A stretch of 63,336 bases of DNA, counting the filler, from Craspedostauros australis (taxonomy: Eukaryota), in NCBI GenBank assembly GCA_030167865.1. It is 10 parts of 10 records of this genome, joined end to end, with 100 filler letters (N's around TTAATTAATTAA, not from the genome) between each part and the next. Parts side by side here need not be neighbours in the genome. Positions count along the whole stretch, not along the records: positions 27,268 to 37,478 come from JALAGF010006544.1; positions 37,579 to 52,828 come from JALAGF010006547.1; 8 more parts are not named here. One strand, written 5' to 3'. Within the stretch, counting starts at the first letter, position 1, and each line of letters starts with the position of its first letter. Position numbers and translations under genes: made by a program. Below the pieces are notes generated by a model. It was not told the origin of the DNA, searched no databases, and worked only from the letters and a program-made list of their open reading frames with translations. Below are positions 37,083 through 48,961 of the stretch, piece by piece.

Positions 37083-37578
37083 TCTGTTATCAGTCTGTAC
37101 CGTTTTAGAACTGTGAGCACAACATGCTCATCTCCTTTCGATTCCAATTCTGCAGCAAGCATGGTCTGCAGTAGCCACCCAAGGTTGCACTCTTGGGCAT
37201 GGCTTCTTTCATCTGCATCTTCATCTTGCGTTCATGGTGGCTCATCGCCTGCTTGGCTTGATATTGGAGAGCACCTACATTCGTCAAGTTCATACTCGTA
37301 GACCTGCGGGTACCTCTCCTTGGGTCTCATGTCACCTCACTGGTCCCACTTCAGTTCATGTCATTTCAGTTCCTTCCTTCGGTCATCTCGATGATTGCCT
37401 TTGGATGTTTGGAACTTATTGTCATCTGGATCGTGGTCTTGGGTGAATAGGGATCGCCTCTGTTTCGCTTTCTCACATNNNNNNNNNNNNNNNNNNNNNN
37501 NNNNNNNNNNNNNNNNNNNNNNTTAATTAATTAANNNNNNNNNNNNNNNNNNNNNNNNNNNNNNNNNNNNNNNNNNNN

Positions 37579-38499
37579 CGGAGCCTCCTGAGGGAGCAAG
37601 ACACCCCAGAGCGCAGTTGCCACAGTGACCCACACACGTGTTGCATTCCACCATGTGCGCCTCTCGCAATTGCCACCTAGCACGAATCCTGTGGGAGGCA
37701 TGGAATTGAACACGTTCACATCGAAGTGATCCGTGAGCTCCTCCATCACACGAATCACAGCNNNNNNNNNNNNNNNNNNNNNNNNNNNNNNNNNNNNNNN
37801 NNNNNNNNNNNNNNNNNNNNNNNNNNNNNNNNNNNNNNNNNNNNNNNNNNNNNNNNNNNNNNNNNNNNNNNNGCTGTCGTTGGAGGTGTCTGCGTATCCA
37901 CCAGCAACAACAGTATTGCAGCGGCGAGGGAGCCTCGCTGGCGGGGCAGGCTCGACAGGTGGTGCAGCATCAGGCACAGCAGGGGGTGGCGCGTTCACGA
38001 TAACGCTCACCAATGTACCATCGCCAACACCTCGTCCTTCCGAGCGCACCCTGACGTTGGAGTTGTCGTAGACGCCTCCGTTGCCATCGTGGATGTGTAC
38101 GAACACGTGCAGCTCGCGAGCATGCGCATGCGTACTGTTCGGGACGAGGCCGCCATCCNNNNNNNNNNNNNNNNNNNNNNNNNNNNNNNNNNNNNNNNNN
38201 NNNNNNNNATCGTGGATGTGTACGAACACGTGCAGCTCGCGAGCATGCGCATGCGTACTGTTCGGGACGAGGCCGCCATCCGCTGCATGCATAGGCTTCA
38301 CATCGATCACTTGCGTGATGGTGCTCGGCTTCCTCAACGTAGCAGACGGCTTGTCAGGCAACAGTTGCTCTGCAGTAGGCAGCAGGAACCCCTTCGAATC
38401 GAAGGGAGGAGCAGATGCAAGGCGAGCAGAACGCGGTTTCTTACTGGGGGAGGGGTTAGCATCGTTGGCGAGGGCCTTGGCAGCGGCAGAGGGGAGCAT
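37579..38499 (-). CDS. Hypothetical protein, N-terminal part; probably encoded by the DNA transposon ending at 39191
   Basis: Starts ~690 bp inside the terminus and reads inward. It has an NLS-like PSPSKKPR and is gapped and truncated. Confidence 0.4.
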
Positions 38500-39029
38500 G
38501 GTTGAATTGGTGCTGGAGAGAGTAGTTGTTTGCTAGTTCGATGTGATGGTGTGCACTGGTCTGAGACGAAGTGAGCAAGGAGAGCATCCGATGAAAGGCA
38601 AACCAGCTTGCAACAGCAACAGCAACAACTACAACTACAACAACAACAACTACTACTACTACACGAACACTACCAGGGCAAGCACAAGCATGGAACACAA
38701 CAGCGAGTGCGCATGGCATTGGCGAGGAAAGTTGTGAGATGGAGCGAAAGAGTGGCGATGATTTGCGAAATTGTGGGCGGATGGCGATGATTTTGGATGT
38801 GTGATGTGTTTTGTGTGATGTGTTTTGTGTGATGTGTTTTGTGACGAGCAAAATGTGAGATCATGTCGCAGATGCTAACGTGTATTTAACGTGTACCAAA
38901 CGAACGACTCCTTCCGGAGCAGGTCCGTGACTGATCACCCGGCGATAAATACTTCGGAACAGCATAGAACCTTCTGGAATACAACCAGGAGTTGCATGGG
39001 GTCGACTCATAGGACTTCAGCATTTCTTT

Positions 39030-39191
39030 GACTGTACATAAAACTTAAAAAAAGATATACAACAAAAATCGATCGGTTAATTATTTGTAAGAAGAGTATA
39101 AGGAATACTACTATGTACTTGGCTTGGATCTACTAGATAAAAGTTATTGAGTCCCATGACAAAGTGCAGGTCGACTCACTGATCGGGCTCA
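39030..39191 (-). mobile_element. DNA transposon terminus (TIR TGAGCCCGATCAGTGAGTCGACC on minus strand), flanked by TA; element body to the left
   Basis: 39169-39193 is the exact reverse complement of 52516-52540, with further shared blocks ACAAATAATTAACCG and TTTTAAGTTTTA. Confidence 0.75.
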
Positions 39192-39643
39192 TAAAGGGTT
39201 GAAAGAGGCATCAAGATGAACAGGAAGCGGAGACCGTTTGCCGACAATGAACACATCAACAGAGAGCTCTCACTCTCTTCTTTCCAATGATGCAAAGATG
39301 TCAGGCAACAGCCATCAACTCATCGAATGGCAGCTTGTGCCGTCGGCGATACACCAATGGTTTCCAATAATTACCAAAAAGTGCCAACAACCGGAAATTA
39401 GCCAATAGCCGCTAGTGTCTCGTTTTGCTGTGGCTTCCATGCATGATGTGGCTGTCTGAATTGGGGAATGCGAAAGGAAACGGTCACGTTGATGGATGGT
39501 ATGGTCGCATGCTGTCCGAGTCCCTGTTGAGGCTTCTGTGAGCTGGGCATGATTCAAACAGCGGCCGTGTTTGCTCATCGTCCTCATCCGAGTGTCCTCT
39601 ACATTTTGTTTCTCTCGCCCATGGTTTCTCTTTTGCATCCAGC

Positions 39644-42600
39644 ATGCAGGACCAACAGCTCAGACAGAACATGGAGCTCCACGATGTTTGCCGTGCTGGC
39701 GACGTAGCGAGAGTGCAAGAATTGATCACGGCGGATGGGTCCATCGAGAAGATCAGCGCTCAAGATGAAAGGGGCAACACTCCGCTGCATGTGGCTTGCG
39801 AATTTCGGCGCAGAGGCATCATCTGGTGTTTGCTGGGGGTGGACGCAGGCAATGTGTGCATCAACATTCGAAACAACGATGGCAACACACCCCTCCACCT
39901 GGCCTGCCGCAAGGGCTACAGGGACGTGGTCAATACGTTGATTCGTTCCATCCACAACAACAGCACAACCAACGCAGCTACCAGCATCGACATCAACCTG
40001 AAGAACATCAACGGTTGGACGCCGCTGCATTACGGGTGTCGAAAGCGACACACGGATGTGGTTGAGTACTTTCTGCACCTCAATCGCAGCGACAGCCATA
40101 TCCATGCCGATTTCGACACCAAGGACAACCTTGGCAAGACGCCGCTTGGTCACGTTGCAGCAGAACGTGACGAGAAGTGGATCCGTTCTTTGGTCGCATC
40201 CTACCTGGTCAACCAGGAAGGGCAGACCTCATCCGCCGGCAATGATGAGACGAACACCGCGCTCCACCTTGCCTGTCTATCGGGGCTTCTGGACGTGGTG
40301 CGCGCCCTCGTCAAATCCACCAAGATCTTAGTTCATGTCAACGCCAAGAACAAGAAGGGATTCACCGCGTTTCACTACGCATGCCAGAAGGGGCACACAG
40401 ATGTGATCAACTACATGCTGCAATCCAACAGTGTGCGCAACAAGATGGATCTTTCCATCAAGAACACGGATGGAGATACGCCCCTCCATCTGGGTTGCAG
40501 GCACGGGGACGAAGGCAACATCGAACTCCTGTTGGGGAGGAAGCGACAACGAACTGACGTTGATGTCAACGTCGCCAACAACAGAGGCAATACGCCTTTG
40601 CATGACGCTTGTTGGCGTGGGCAAACGGGTGTGCTGAAGCAACTGGTCGAATCAGAACCAACCAAGATCAAAGCAAACGCCCAAAACTACGATAAAGACA
40701 CGCCGCTTCATCTCGCTTGCCGGCATGGACACAAGGACGCGGTGGAATACATGGCAACGTCACAGACAGCCAAAGTGAACCTCGAGGTCCGCAACAAATA
40801 CGGAAACACGCCATTCCACGTTGCCTGCGTATCCGGGCATCGAGATCTCGCCAGGTATTTGGTGAATTCGCAACAACTCAACGTCGACACCAAAGCGAAG
40901 AACAAGAACAGGAATACGCCGCTTCACAGTGCCTGTCGTCGTGGGCACGAAGGCGTTGCCGACTTCTTGCTTGAGCTCGATCAAAGCACCAGCAACGGCG
41001 GTGGCGGTGGCAACGCACCCAACAGCAACGGAAATACGCTGTTGCATGTCGCTTGTCGTCGTGGCAGGAGACATGTGATCTATCGCATGCTGAAGAATCA
41101 TCAAGAGAAGGTGGACGTCAACGCCGCAAACAACNACGGGAACACGCCGTTGCACGTCGCCTGTCGCCACGGACAGGTGAATGTGGTCCAGGACTTGATC
41201 CAATACATGTTCGAATGCAACGACAGACAACCTGTTGATGTCAACACCCAGAACAACAAGGGATACACGCCACTTCGCTACGCCTGTCGAAACGGTCACA
41301 TCGACATTGTCGAACACCTCATCAAATCAGATCAAGCCGACGTTGACGTCAACATCCAAGACGAAAACGGCGACACGCCAATTAACCTTGCTTGTCGCAA
41401 GCGAAAGAGGGACGTTGTGGAATACATGGTGGAATCCGATCAAGCCAACGTTGATCTCAACATCAGAAACTATCAGGGTTACATGCCGCTCGAGGCTGCT
41501 TGCAAGAACGGGGACGCGGATCTTGCCGAGTATCTCGTTACATCGGATAGAGCTAGGATTGATTTCGAGCAAAACAACCCGCTGCATGCGGCCTGCCGAC
41601 ATGGGCAGACGAACATCGTCTATCGTTTCATACCATCCAAGCAGATTCACATCGACATCAACAAGCAAGACGAAGCTGGCTGCGCACCACTCCATTATGC
41701 GTGTCAGTACGGGCAAAACGACATCGTCGCATTCATGTTCGGATTTGGTGAGGACGTCATCAAGTTCAACGTCAGAAACGCGAAGGGTGATTCGCCACTC
41801 CATCTGGCATGTCGACACGGCAAACTCCGCGTAGTTGAATGCATGATCAAGTCGGATCTGGACGGCAGAATCAATTTCAGCATCCTCAACAACAGCGGAT
41901 GCACACCAATCCATCTTGCATGTGGCAATGGTCGTCAAGCTGTGCTGAAGTGCCTCGTGGAATCGAATCGCAACGACGTAGATCCAAACTTGCCAGACCA
42001 CAACCGTAACGCCCCTCTTCATCTGGCATGCCGCTTTGGCCAGGAGGGAGTGGTAGAGTACTTGGTGAAGTCTAATCGGATCAACATTGATGCCACCGCT
42101 CGTAACTCAGATAGCGACACAGCACTCCATGTTGCTTGCCAACACCAACACGCCAAAGCGGTTCAATGTTTTGTGCAGTCAACGCAGGCAAACGTCCATG
42201 CAAGCGTCAACGTCAGAAACGCAAACAATGGAAACACACCATTCCATGATGCGTGTAGTTCTACACAAGGCAACGTCGTTCAATGTTTGGTGGAATCAGC
42301 GAAGACCAACATCGATATCAACGCCCGCAACAATAAAGGCGAGACAGGCCTGTACCGCGCCTGTTGGTTTGGAAATATCGAGGCGATTCGATATTTGATG
42401 GGATTGGGCACTAAGGTTGACATGATCATCGCCAACGACGATGGACGCACGCCATTGCACATTGTATGTCAGCAAGGTCACATGCGCGTGGTCAAACTCC
42501 TCGTGGAATCCAACCCGGTGGCTGTCAACACCCTCATCAACAGCCAATCTGAGCTTGGCCATGCCCCCCTTGACCTCGCTTGCCAACACAGACACAAGGA

Positions 42601-44499
42601 TGTGGTCGAGTACTTGACAGGTCCGCTTGGTGACGGCATCAACATACAATATGAGGACACTCCGCTGCACCATGCGTGTTGCCGTCGCGAATTAGAGACC
42701 GTTCAGCATCTCATCGAGTCTGTTGGCTTCAATCCTGGTCTCACGACCAAGGATGGCAGAACTGGACTACATCGCGCCGCGCAATTGGGACAAGACGAGA
42801 CCGTAAGGTACTTGATCGGCATCGCCAACATCAATATCAACATCAACGCTCAAGACAATGATGGGAATACCCCCTTGTATCTTGCCTGCCGAGAGTATGA
42901 TCCGGGATTCGTCGACGGCCATTGGGAGGTATTCAACATGCTCTTGCAACATCCACAAATCGATGTCAACATCCCCAATCACCATCATCAAACGCCGCTG
43001 ATCGAAGCATGCAAACAGTACACATCTGAGAGCGGATACAACATTCTCGTCAAAGGACTCGTGGAAGTGTACGCGGATGTCAATGTCGCGGACAATGACG
43101 GCAACACCCCTTTGCACATCATCATCAAGGACGGACACTTCGAGATGTTCAAGTACCTGGCTGATAGGGAGGGCATCCGAATGGATATTCGGAATAATGC
43201 TGGCCAAACGCTGTTGCACATTGCCTGCAGCAAACTAACATTCTCGGATGATGAAGATGCGCAGCATCATGCCATCATCCAGCACCTTCTGGCGGAAGAG
43301 CAACTCGACGTCAATCAGCAGGACAACGAGGGCAATACGCCACTGCATCTCATGTGCGCTGCAGACTGCACGCATGCTGATGGCATTCGGTATCTGGTGG
43401 ACGAGTGGAGGGCGCGTACCGACACTCCCAACAGCGCTGGCCAAACCCCATTGCATTTTGCGAGCATGCAAGGGCATCTTGAGGTGGTGCAATACTTGAG
43501 TGGACAGACCAATACCGGCGTCAACATCCTCAACACCGCTGGCCAAACTCCGCTGCACTTTGCGTGCGCAGGTGGGCGCCTTGAAGTGGTGAAACATCTG
43601 GTTGAAGAGGCACAGGCTGATATCAACATCCAAGACCAACAAGGCTGCACACCGCTGCTCCTTGNNNNNNNNNNNNNNNNNNNNNNNNNNNNNNNNNNNN
43701 NNNNNNNNNNNNNNAACATCTGGTTGAAGAGGCACAGGCTGATATCAACATCCAAGACCAACAAGGCTGCACACCGCTGCTCCTTGCCTACACCTACGAA
43801 CGTCTTTCTGTGATCGAATATCTCATCGCACAACCCAACCTCCAAATTGATGCTCGGTACAGTAACGCAAGCACACTCATACACGCTGCCGCCGCTGGTG
43901 GGCACGTTGACGTCGTGAAAGGCCTGCTCACGCTGCCAAATGCCAATGCCAACTTACAAGATGCGCTCGGACACACCCCGCTGCACTTTGCATGCGCTGG
44001 TGGACACGATGATATGGCGGGTCACTTGACCGAGATCGCAGGCGTGGACGTGAATGTCCAAAACAGTGAGGGCAACTCCCCGTTGCATCTTACAGTCCAA
44101 AACTACGGCGATGGCCAGAGCGGGCACTGGGATATCCTCGACATCTTGTTCGAGATGGAACAGACCAATCCCAACCTGACCAACATGAAGCGCGAAACTC
44201 CGCTGTTCATCGCGTCCACAATGTCCGCGGCCTGCAATGGCGCTTACGAGTCCGTCATCGACGAATTGTTGGAAAGAGCTCACGCAGATGTGAACATTGC
44301 CGATGTGGATGGCAATACGCCTTTGCACGTTTTGTGCTGGTACGGACGTCTAAAGACGGTACGTGATTGGCTCGACACGCCTGATGTTGAAGTGGACACG
44401 AGCATCCGCAATCGGTTTGGTTTGAGACCGCAGGATGTTGCTGCAATGCAAGGACACACCGAGTTGGCAGAGTACCTGGCATCGTTGCAACAATCATGA
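39644..44499 (+). CDS. Large intronless ankyrin-repeat protein (~43 repeats, 1577 aa after gap repair)
   Basis: TPLHxAC motifs throughout. 43593-43664 is repeated after the 50-N gap; removing the 122 bp joins both ORFs in frame. Confidence 0.9.
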
Positions 44500-44742
44500 A
44501 GGGGGACTGCTCTTAGTATACACAATATTACATCATACGTTATTACACATCGGTGGACGTGCATCGCTACCCACAATACTCTCAACTGCGCCTTGTACCT
44601 CGATTTCGAATTGCGCTTGATGTGTTCCAGCAGAGGATTCGTATGCATTGAAGATCGTAGAATACGTGTCTCGTTCATGTAACACTTGAATGTTCTAACA
44701 TTTACTTCTTGACCACTCCGATACGCGCAAGACGCAGACAGC

Positions 44743-46386
44743 TCAGAGCTCGCCACGAATGACGGGACGTTTGCCGTTGGCGTTGTTCTTGTTGATCTTC
44801 ATGAGGAACCGCAGTCTCGATCGCGATCGTGATCTGACTTCGCTCTTGTCATTCGGTGCTTGCAGCTCGGAGCTGGCGCGGCTGCGCCTTGCGGCACGGC
44901 CACGCGGTCGCGCACGTGGCTCCTCACCTGCATCGGTCGCGACTTCCTGCTTCAGCTCGAACTCGCCCTCCTGCGGATCAAAGTCATTGGCGAACTCATC
45001 ACCGTCGTCGTCAGTATCATCGTCATCATCGTCGTCAAGATCATCGTCATCATCACACAGCGAGATGGCCTTGCGGATATGCCAGCTGTTGCGATTGTGT
45101 TCGGACTTTTTGATCTCGAGGGTGGCCTCCTCCAGGATCTCATCCGTTTCCTGCAGGAGCTGGTCCACGCGCAGGCCTTGATCATCATCCTCCATTTGGT
45201 CGATTTGCGAGCTCTCGAGGAGGATGTTGGTGGCGCGGTTCTTCGTGCGCTGGATCTGTCGCCGCAGAGTATCCTCCTTTCCGTCCTTGTAGATGTTGAC
45301 AAAGGGATTGTGCTTTTTGGTCGCAACGTCGCTGCTGCCGACCGGGCCGCTGCTGCTGTTGTCATTCTCGCTGATGTCATTGTTGCTGTTGTCGCCGCTG
45401 TCATCATGATCGCTGTCGTCGTCATCGCACTGCAGCAACTTGTCAAAGTTGTTGGCATTCTCCTCCGATTCCTGACACAGCTCCTCGCTGGTCTTCTTGA
45501 GAGAGGCCGCGAACTGCTTGGCCTTATCGATTTGCTGCTGCAGGAGATCCTCATCATCGCCGAAGGACTTGGAGTAGCTGACGGATGGGAGAGATTGCGA
45601 TCGTTTGGGCTGTTTGGTCTTGCGCTTTGGTCGCAATCGCTGTGGCGGGTTGGCGACCGGACTGGCGTCGTCGATATCGCGGATGCTGACATCGTTGCTG
45701 CCGATCGTCGTCGTTGTGCTGGTCGGCGATTCCTCCTTGACCTTCTTCGTCTTCTTTGTTGTCGTTTTGCCGGACTTGCTGGCTTTCTCGCCAGCAGCCT
45801 TTTTGCTTTTTGATTTGATGCCCTTTGTGCTCTTGATGCTGCGCTCGCTCTTGCCGGACTTGGAGAGCTTGATGGATCGCTCGCCTCTCTCGCTCTTGGC
45901 ACTGACGCTCTTCGTACTCGCGAGCTTGGCGCCGACGCTCTTGCTCTTGCTGGGTTTGATGGACCGCTCGCCTCTCTCGCTCTTATTGCTCTTGTTGCTG
46001 GGCTTGATGGATCTCTCGCCGCGTTCGCTCTTGCTGCTGGGCTTGGTGGATCTCTCGTTCTTATTGCTGAGCTTGATAGACCGCTCGCCTCTGCTGCTCT
46101 TGCTGCCAAGCTTGACGGACTTGACCTTCTTAGGCTTCTTCGGCGTCGATTTGCTGATGGCATCCGACAAGGCACCGTCGTAATCCACCTTGAGGATGGG
46201 CAGCTGCAGGAAGGTTTTGTGATCGCCGCAGGCCGTGCTGTCCTCCCATTCCACCTTGTTGAGGTGGCCCAGCGTGAGTCGGCGACGGTGTCCCGACTGC
46301 GTCATGGAGGCATCGTCCTCAGTGCTGCGCCGTTCCGCTCGTCGCGATCGCATCGCGTGATCGGAGTTGGATCGTCGCAGTGTCAT
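44743..46386 (-). CDS. Hypothetical disordered protein (547 aa) with Lys/Ser-rich ERSIK repeats and acidic tracts
   Basis: Long ORF with GC-ending codon bias; ATG at 46386 follows an A/C-rich leader. Confidence 0.8.
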   Translation of the reverse strand: MTLRRSNSDHAMRSRRAERRSTEDDASMTQSGHRRRLTLGHLNKVEWEDSTACGDHKTFLQLPILKVDYDGALSDAISKSTPKKPKKVKSVKLGSKSSRGERSIKLSNKNERSTKPSSKSERGERSIKPSNKSNKSERGERSIKPSKSKSVGAKLASTKSVSAKSERGERSIKLSKSGKSERSIKSTKGIKSKSKKAAGEKASKSGKTTTKKTKKVKEESPTSTTTTIGSNDVSIRDIDDASPVANPPQRLRPKRKTKQPKRSQSLPSVSYSKSFGDDEDLLQQQIDKAKQFAASLKKTSEELCQESEENANNFDKLLQCDDDDSDHDDSGDNSNNDISENDNSSSGPVGSSDVATKKHNPFVNIYKDGKEDTLRRQIQRTKNRATNILLESSQIDQMEDDDQGLRVDQLLQETDEILEEATLEIKKSEHNRNSWHIRKAISLCDDDDDLDDDDDDDTDDDGDEFANDFDPQEGEFELKQEVATDAGEEPRARPRGRAARRSRASSELQAPNDKSEVRSRSRSRLRFLMKINKNNANGKRPVIRGEL

Positions 46387-46728
46387 CGTGATGGCTTTGT
46401 TGTATGATACTGTATTACAATGTATTGTATTGTGTCCGACTGGATACGGATAGTACGTGCGAATACGAATGTCGTATGAGTGGAGAGTTGAGGGAGAAAC
46501 AGACCGACAGGTAGGTAGGTGAGATGATGGTGAGATGATGATGAAGCATGGTGGAACTGGAGCAGTATGCATCACGCAGAGGAAGCCGTTCCCATTTCAC
46601 GATCAACGATCACATCCGAGGTGCCATGCCAGCATCATGGGATTGAGTGCATTCGCATGGTATCATGCTGATCGAAGGGCTCACCTTGACTGTGCTGTTT
46701 GTGTCCGAGCGCTGTGGATTTGTTGGTT

Positions 46729-46762
46729 GGATGGATGGATGGATGGATGGATGGATGGATGG
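46729..46762. repeat. (GATG)n microsatellite
   Basis: About 8 GATG/GGAT units upstream of the 46386 gene. Confidence 0.9.
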
Positions 46763-48961
46763 AGTGGGATTGTGTGCTGTCGAGTTGAGATTATGGCAAC
46801 ATGTGACAGAAGATGGAGGGCTTTCTTCGTTGTGGATCTCTTTTGCTTTGTGTGCTCTGCTGCGTTGTGTTGTGCTGCGCTGTCAATGTCGTGATCGCAG
46901 CTGACAAAGCGTTGTGTTGTGTGTCCTGCGGATGTGCTACGATCTGGTGTTAGCGCACCAACGGAGACGTGCCGATACCGCCTTGTCGCTCTGCGTCTCC
47001 AGCCCAGCCAAGACAAACCACGTCAAAGCCATGATTTCGCTCTCTGGACGTTGAGTTTCCACGCGAAGGAAAGCAGCGCCAATCGCGTTTTGCGCGCCTC
47101 TTTTGTTTGTGACAGGCGACGACTGGTTCTGCTCGATGCGGGTCACTTTCGAAGGTCACTAGTGCTTGTTTCCGTGATTCGCGGTTCACGCGACTCCACT
47201 TCATTTATTATCAATGGATACCTGTTGGGATAGCGGACCTTTTCAGTCGCTCGCATACTTAACCCAACGAGCGAGGGCTTCAGTCATTACAGGACAGCGA
47301 AACGGTGACAAATACAGTTGAGAACAAGAACCACAGTGAACAGCGGCGATCCACATTTTGAATGCGCTCCCGTGCGTTATGATCATGTCGTCACACGCAA
47401 TCGGGACAGCTAACACATCTCAGAATCACAATCAACTATTATCCTTGATAAAGGTCGTCGACGACAACCACGTTCAAGAGCAAGTCAATCCAGTTCTTGT
47501 TGTTTGTGCGTCATCGTTTCAGGAGTTGCTGCCGTGTTCGTGGTGTTTGTGTGTGTGGTCGTCGTGGTATCCTTGGTCCTCACATCTCTGCGAGCAGTCG
47601 TGAGGAATCTGGAGCGCGCTCTTGCACGAGCTATTCGTGTTGTCGACGACCACCACCTTCATCCATCTCCGAACACAGACAACGACTACAAATAGAACCG
47701 AGCGCCGCGGGTCGGTCATCAAAGCGCACCATTCTGGTACCAACTGCAAGGACTTTACGTTCTGATGGAATCCTCCTTTCTCCAACCGTTTGCACTTGGA
47801 AAGCGGACACCGCCTTCTTGTTTGTGGCTTGTCATGGCATTCCGGTATCCACGAAGCATTGTTGCTGACGCTCCACCGGTACTCGCACAGGTCCCCTTGA
47901 GTGCTCCGCGTTGGATGGTCTGGTTCGCGGTCACGGCGAAGAAGGCCGCCACACGACATCGATCTAGAAACATCATGATGCCAAACTCTTGGGCCTCCCA
48001 GGTACGAAACAACCCGTCCGACCTTTACGGCATTGCGAACACAAACAACCAAGCCACCCACCCATTTCGCCAATGTGTCAACCATTGTTGTGTGCAGGAT
48101 CTTGTTTCCGCGTCCAGCGCAATGTTTCTCTTTTGTGGTATAGTTCTATACTATATTCCTGTATGCTTCATTCATCACATGTGCTTCACTCCTCCGTGCT
48201 TCATCGATCTATTACGAGCTGCTCCATGATTCCTCCATCCACATGCTCCATTCATCTCTTCTGTGCTATGCTCTGTTGTGCTCCACTTCACTTCGCTTCG
48301 TTTCACACAACTCCAATCGTATTCATTCCGTTTTGCTATTCCGCTCCGATCTGGTCTGGTTGTGGACATGGAAAGCCGCTCTCCCGGTCGCTCGCCTGAT
48401 CTACGATTTACGAATACGTATTCAACTATGAATTCCCAGAGTATCGTACTCAACACATAGCACATGGAAAGCACTTGAAGTGCTAACATTGTCCTGCCAG
48501 CGCGACCACCAACGAAGACTCTTGAGGAGGTCTTCAAGATCAACATACTCGCGGGAGGTTGGCTCCTCGCCATGGCAACATCTATCGCATTCTCCCATCT
48601 GCGAGTAGCGCGCCATACTCGTAGTTGTACTCTGCGAATACTTGCGCTGCAACACGTATGGCAGTCCACGAGTACATGTGGATGACGGGTGCTTCATGCT
48701 TCTTGGAATGATCATTTCAAATTCAACCATCGGCAACCAATTTGTAACCGTCTCTTAACAGTCCAATCTAGAGTGAGAAAGGGAACCTAGACATTTGACC
48801 AACTATTTCAGAAACGAAAGAGCAATGGGTTGTACAGGGACGCAGTCCCCTCGACGACTGCAACTCTCGTTGCTGCACAGGACGATGGTCGCACTCGTGC
48901 TCGAACCATACGACAACCACGCAAGCGCAAGTACGAGTCTAGTGAATTGCCCAAGATAACG

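Noticed and set aside
43665..43813. Frameshift splitting the large ankyrin gene in two
   Set aside because: Removing the 122-bp gap plus duplicated overlap restores a single frame.
47300..48950. Short ORFs between the ERSIK and Ada3-like genes
   Set aside because: No supported frame or motif; a small spliced gene cannot be excluded.
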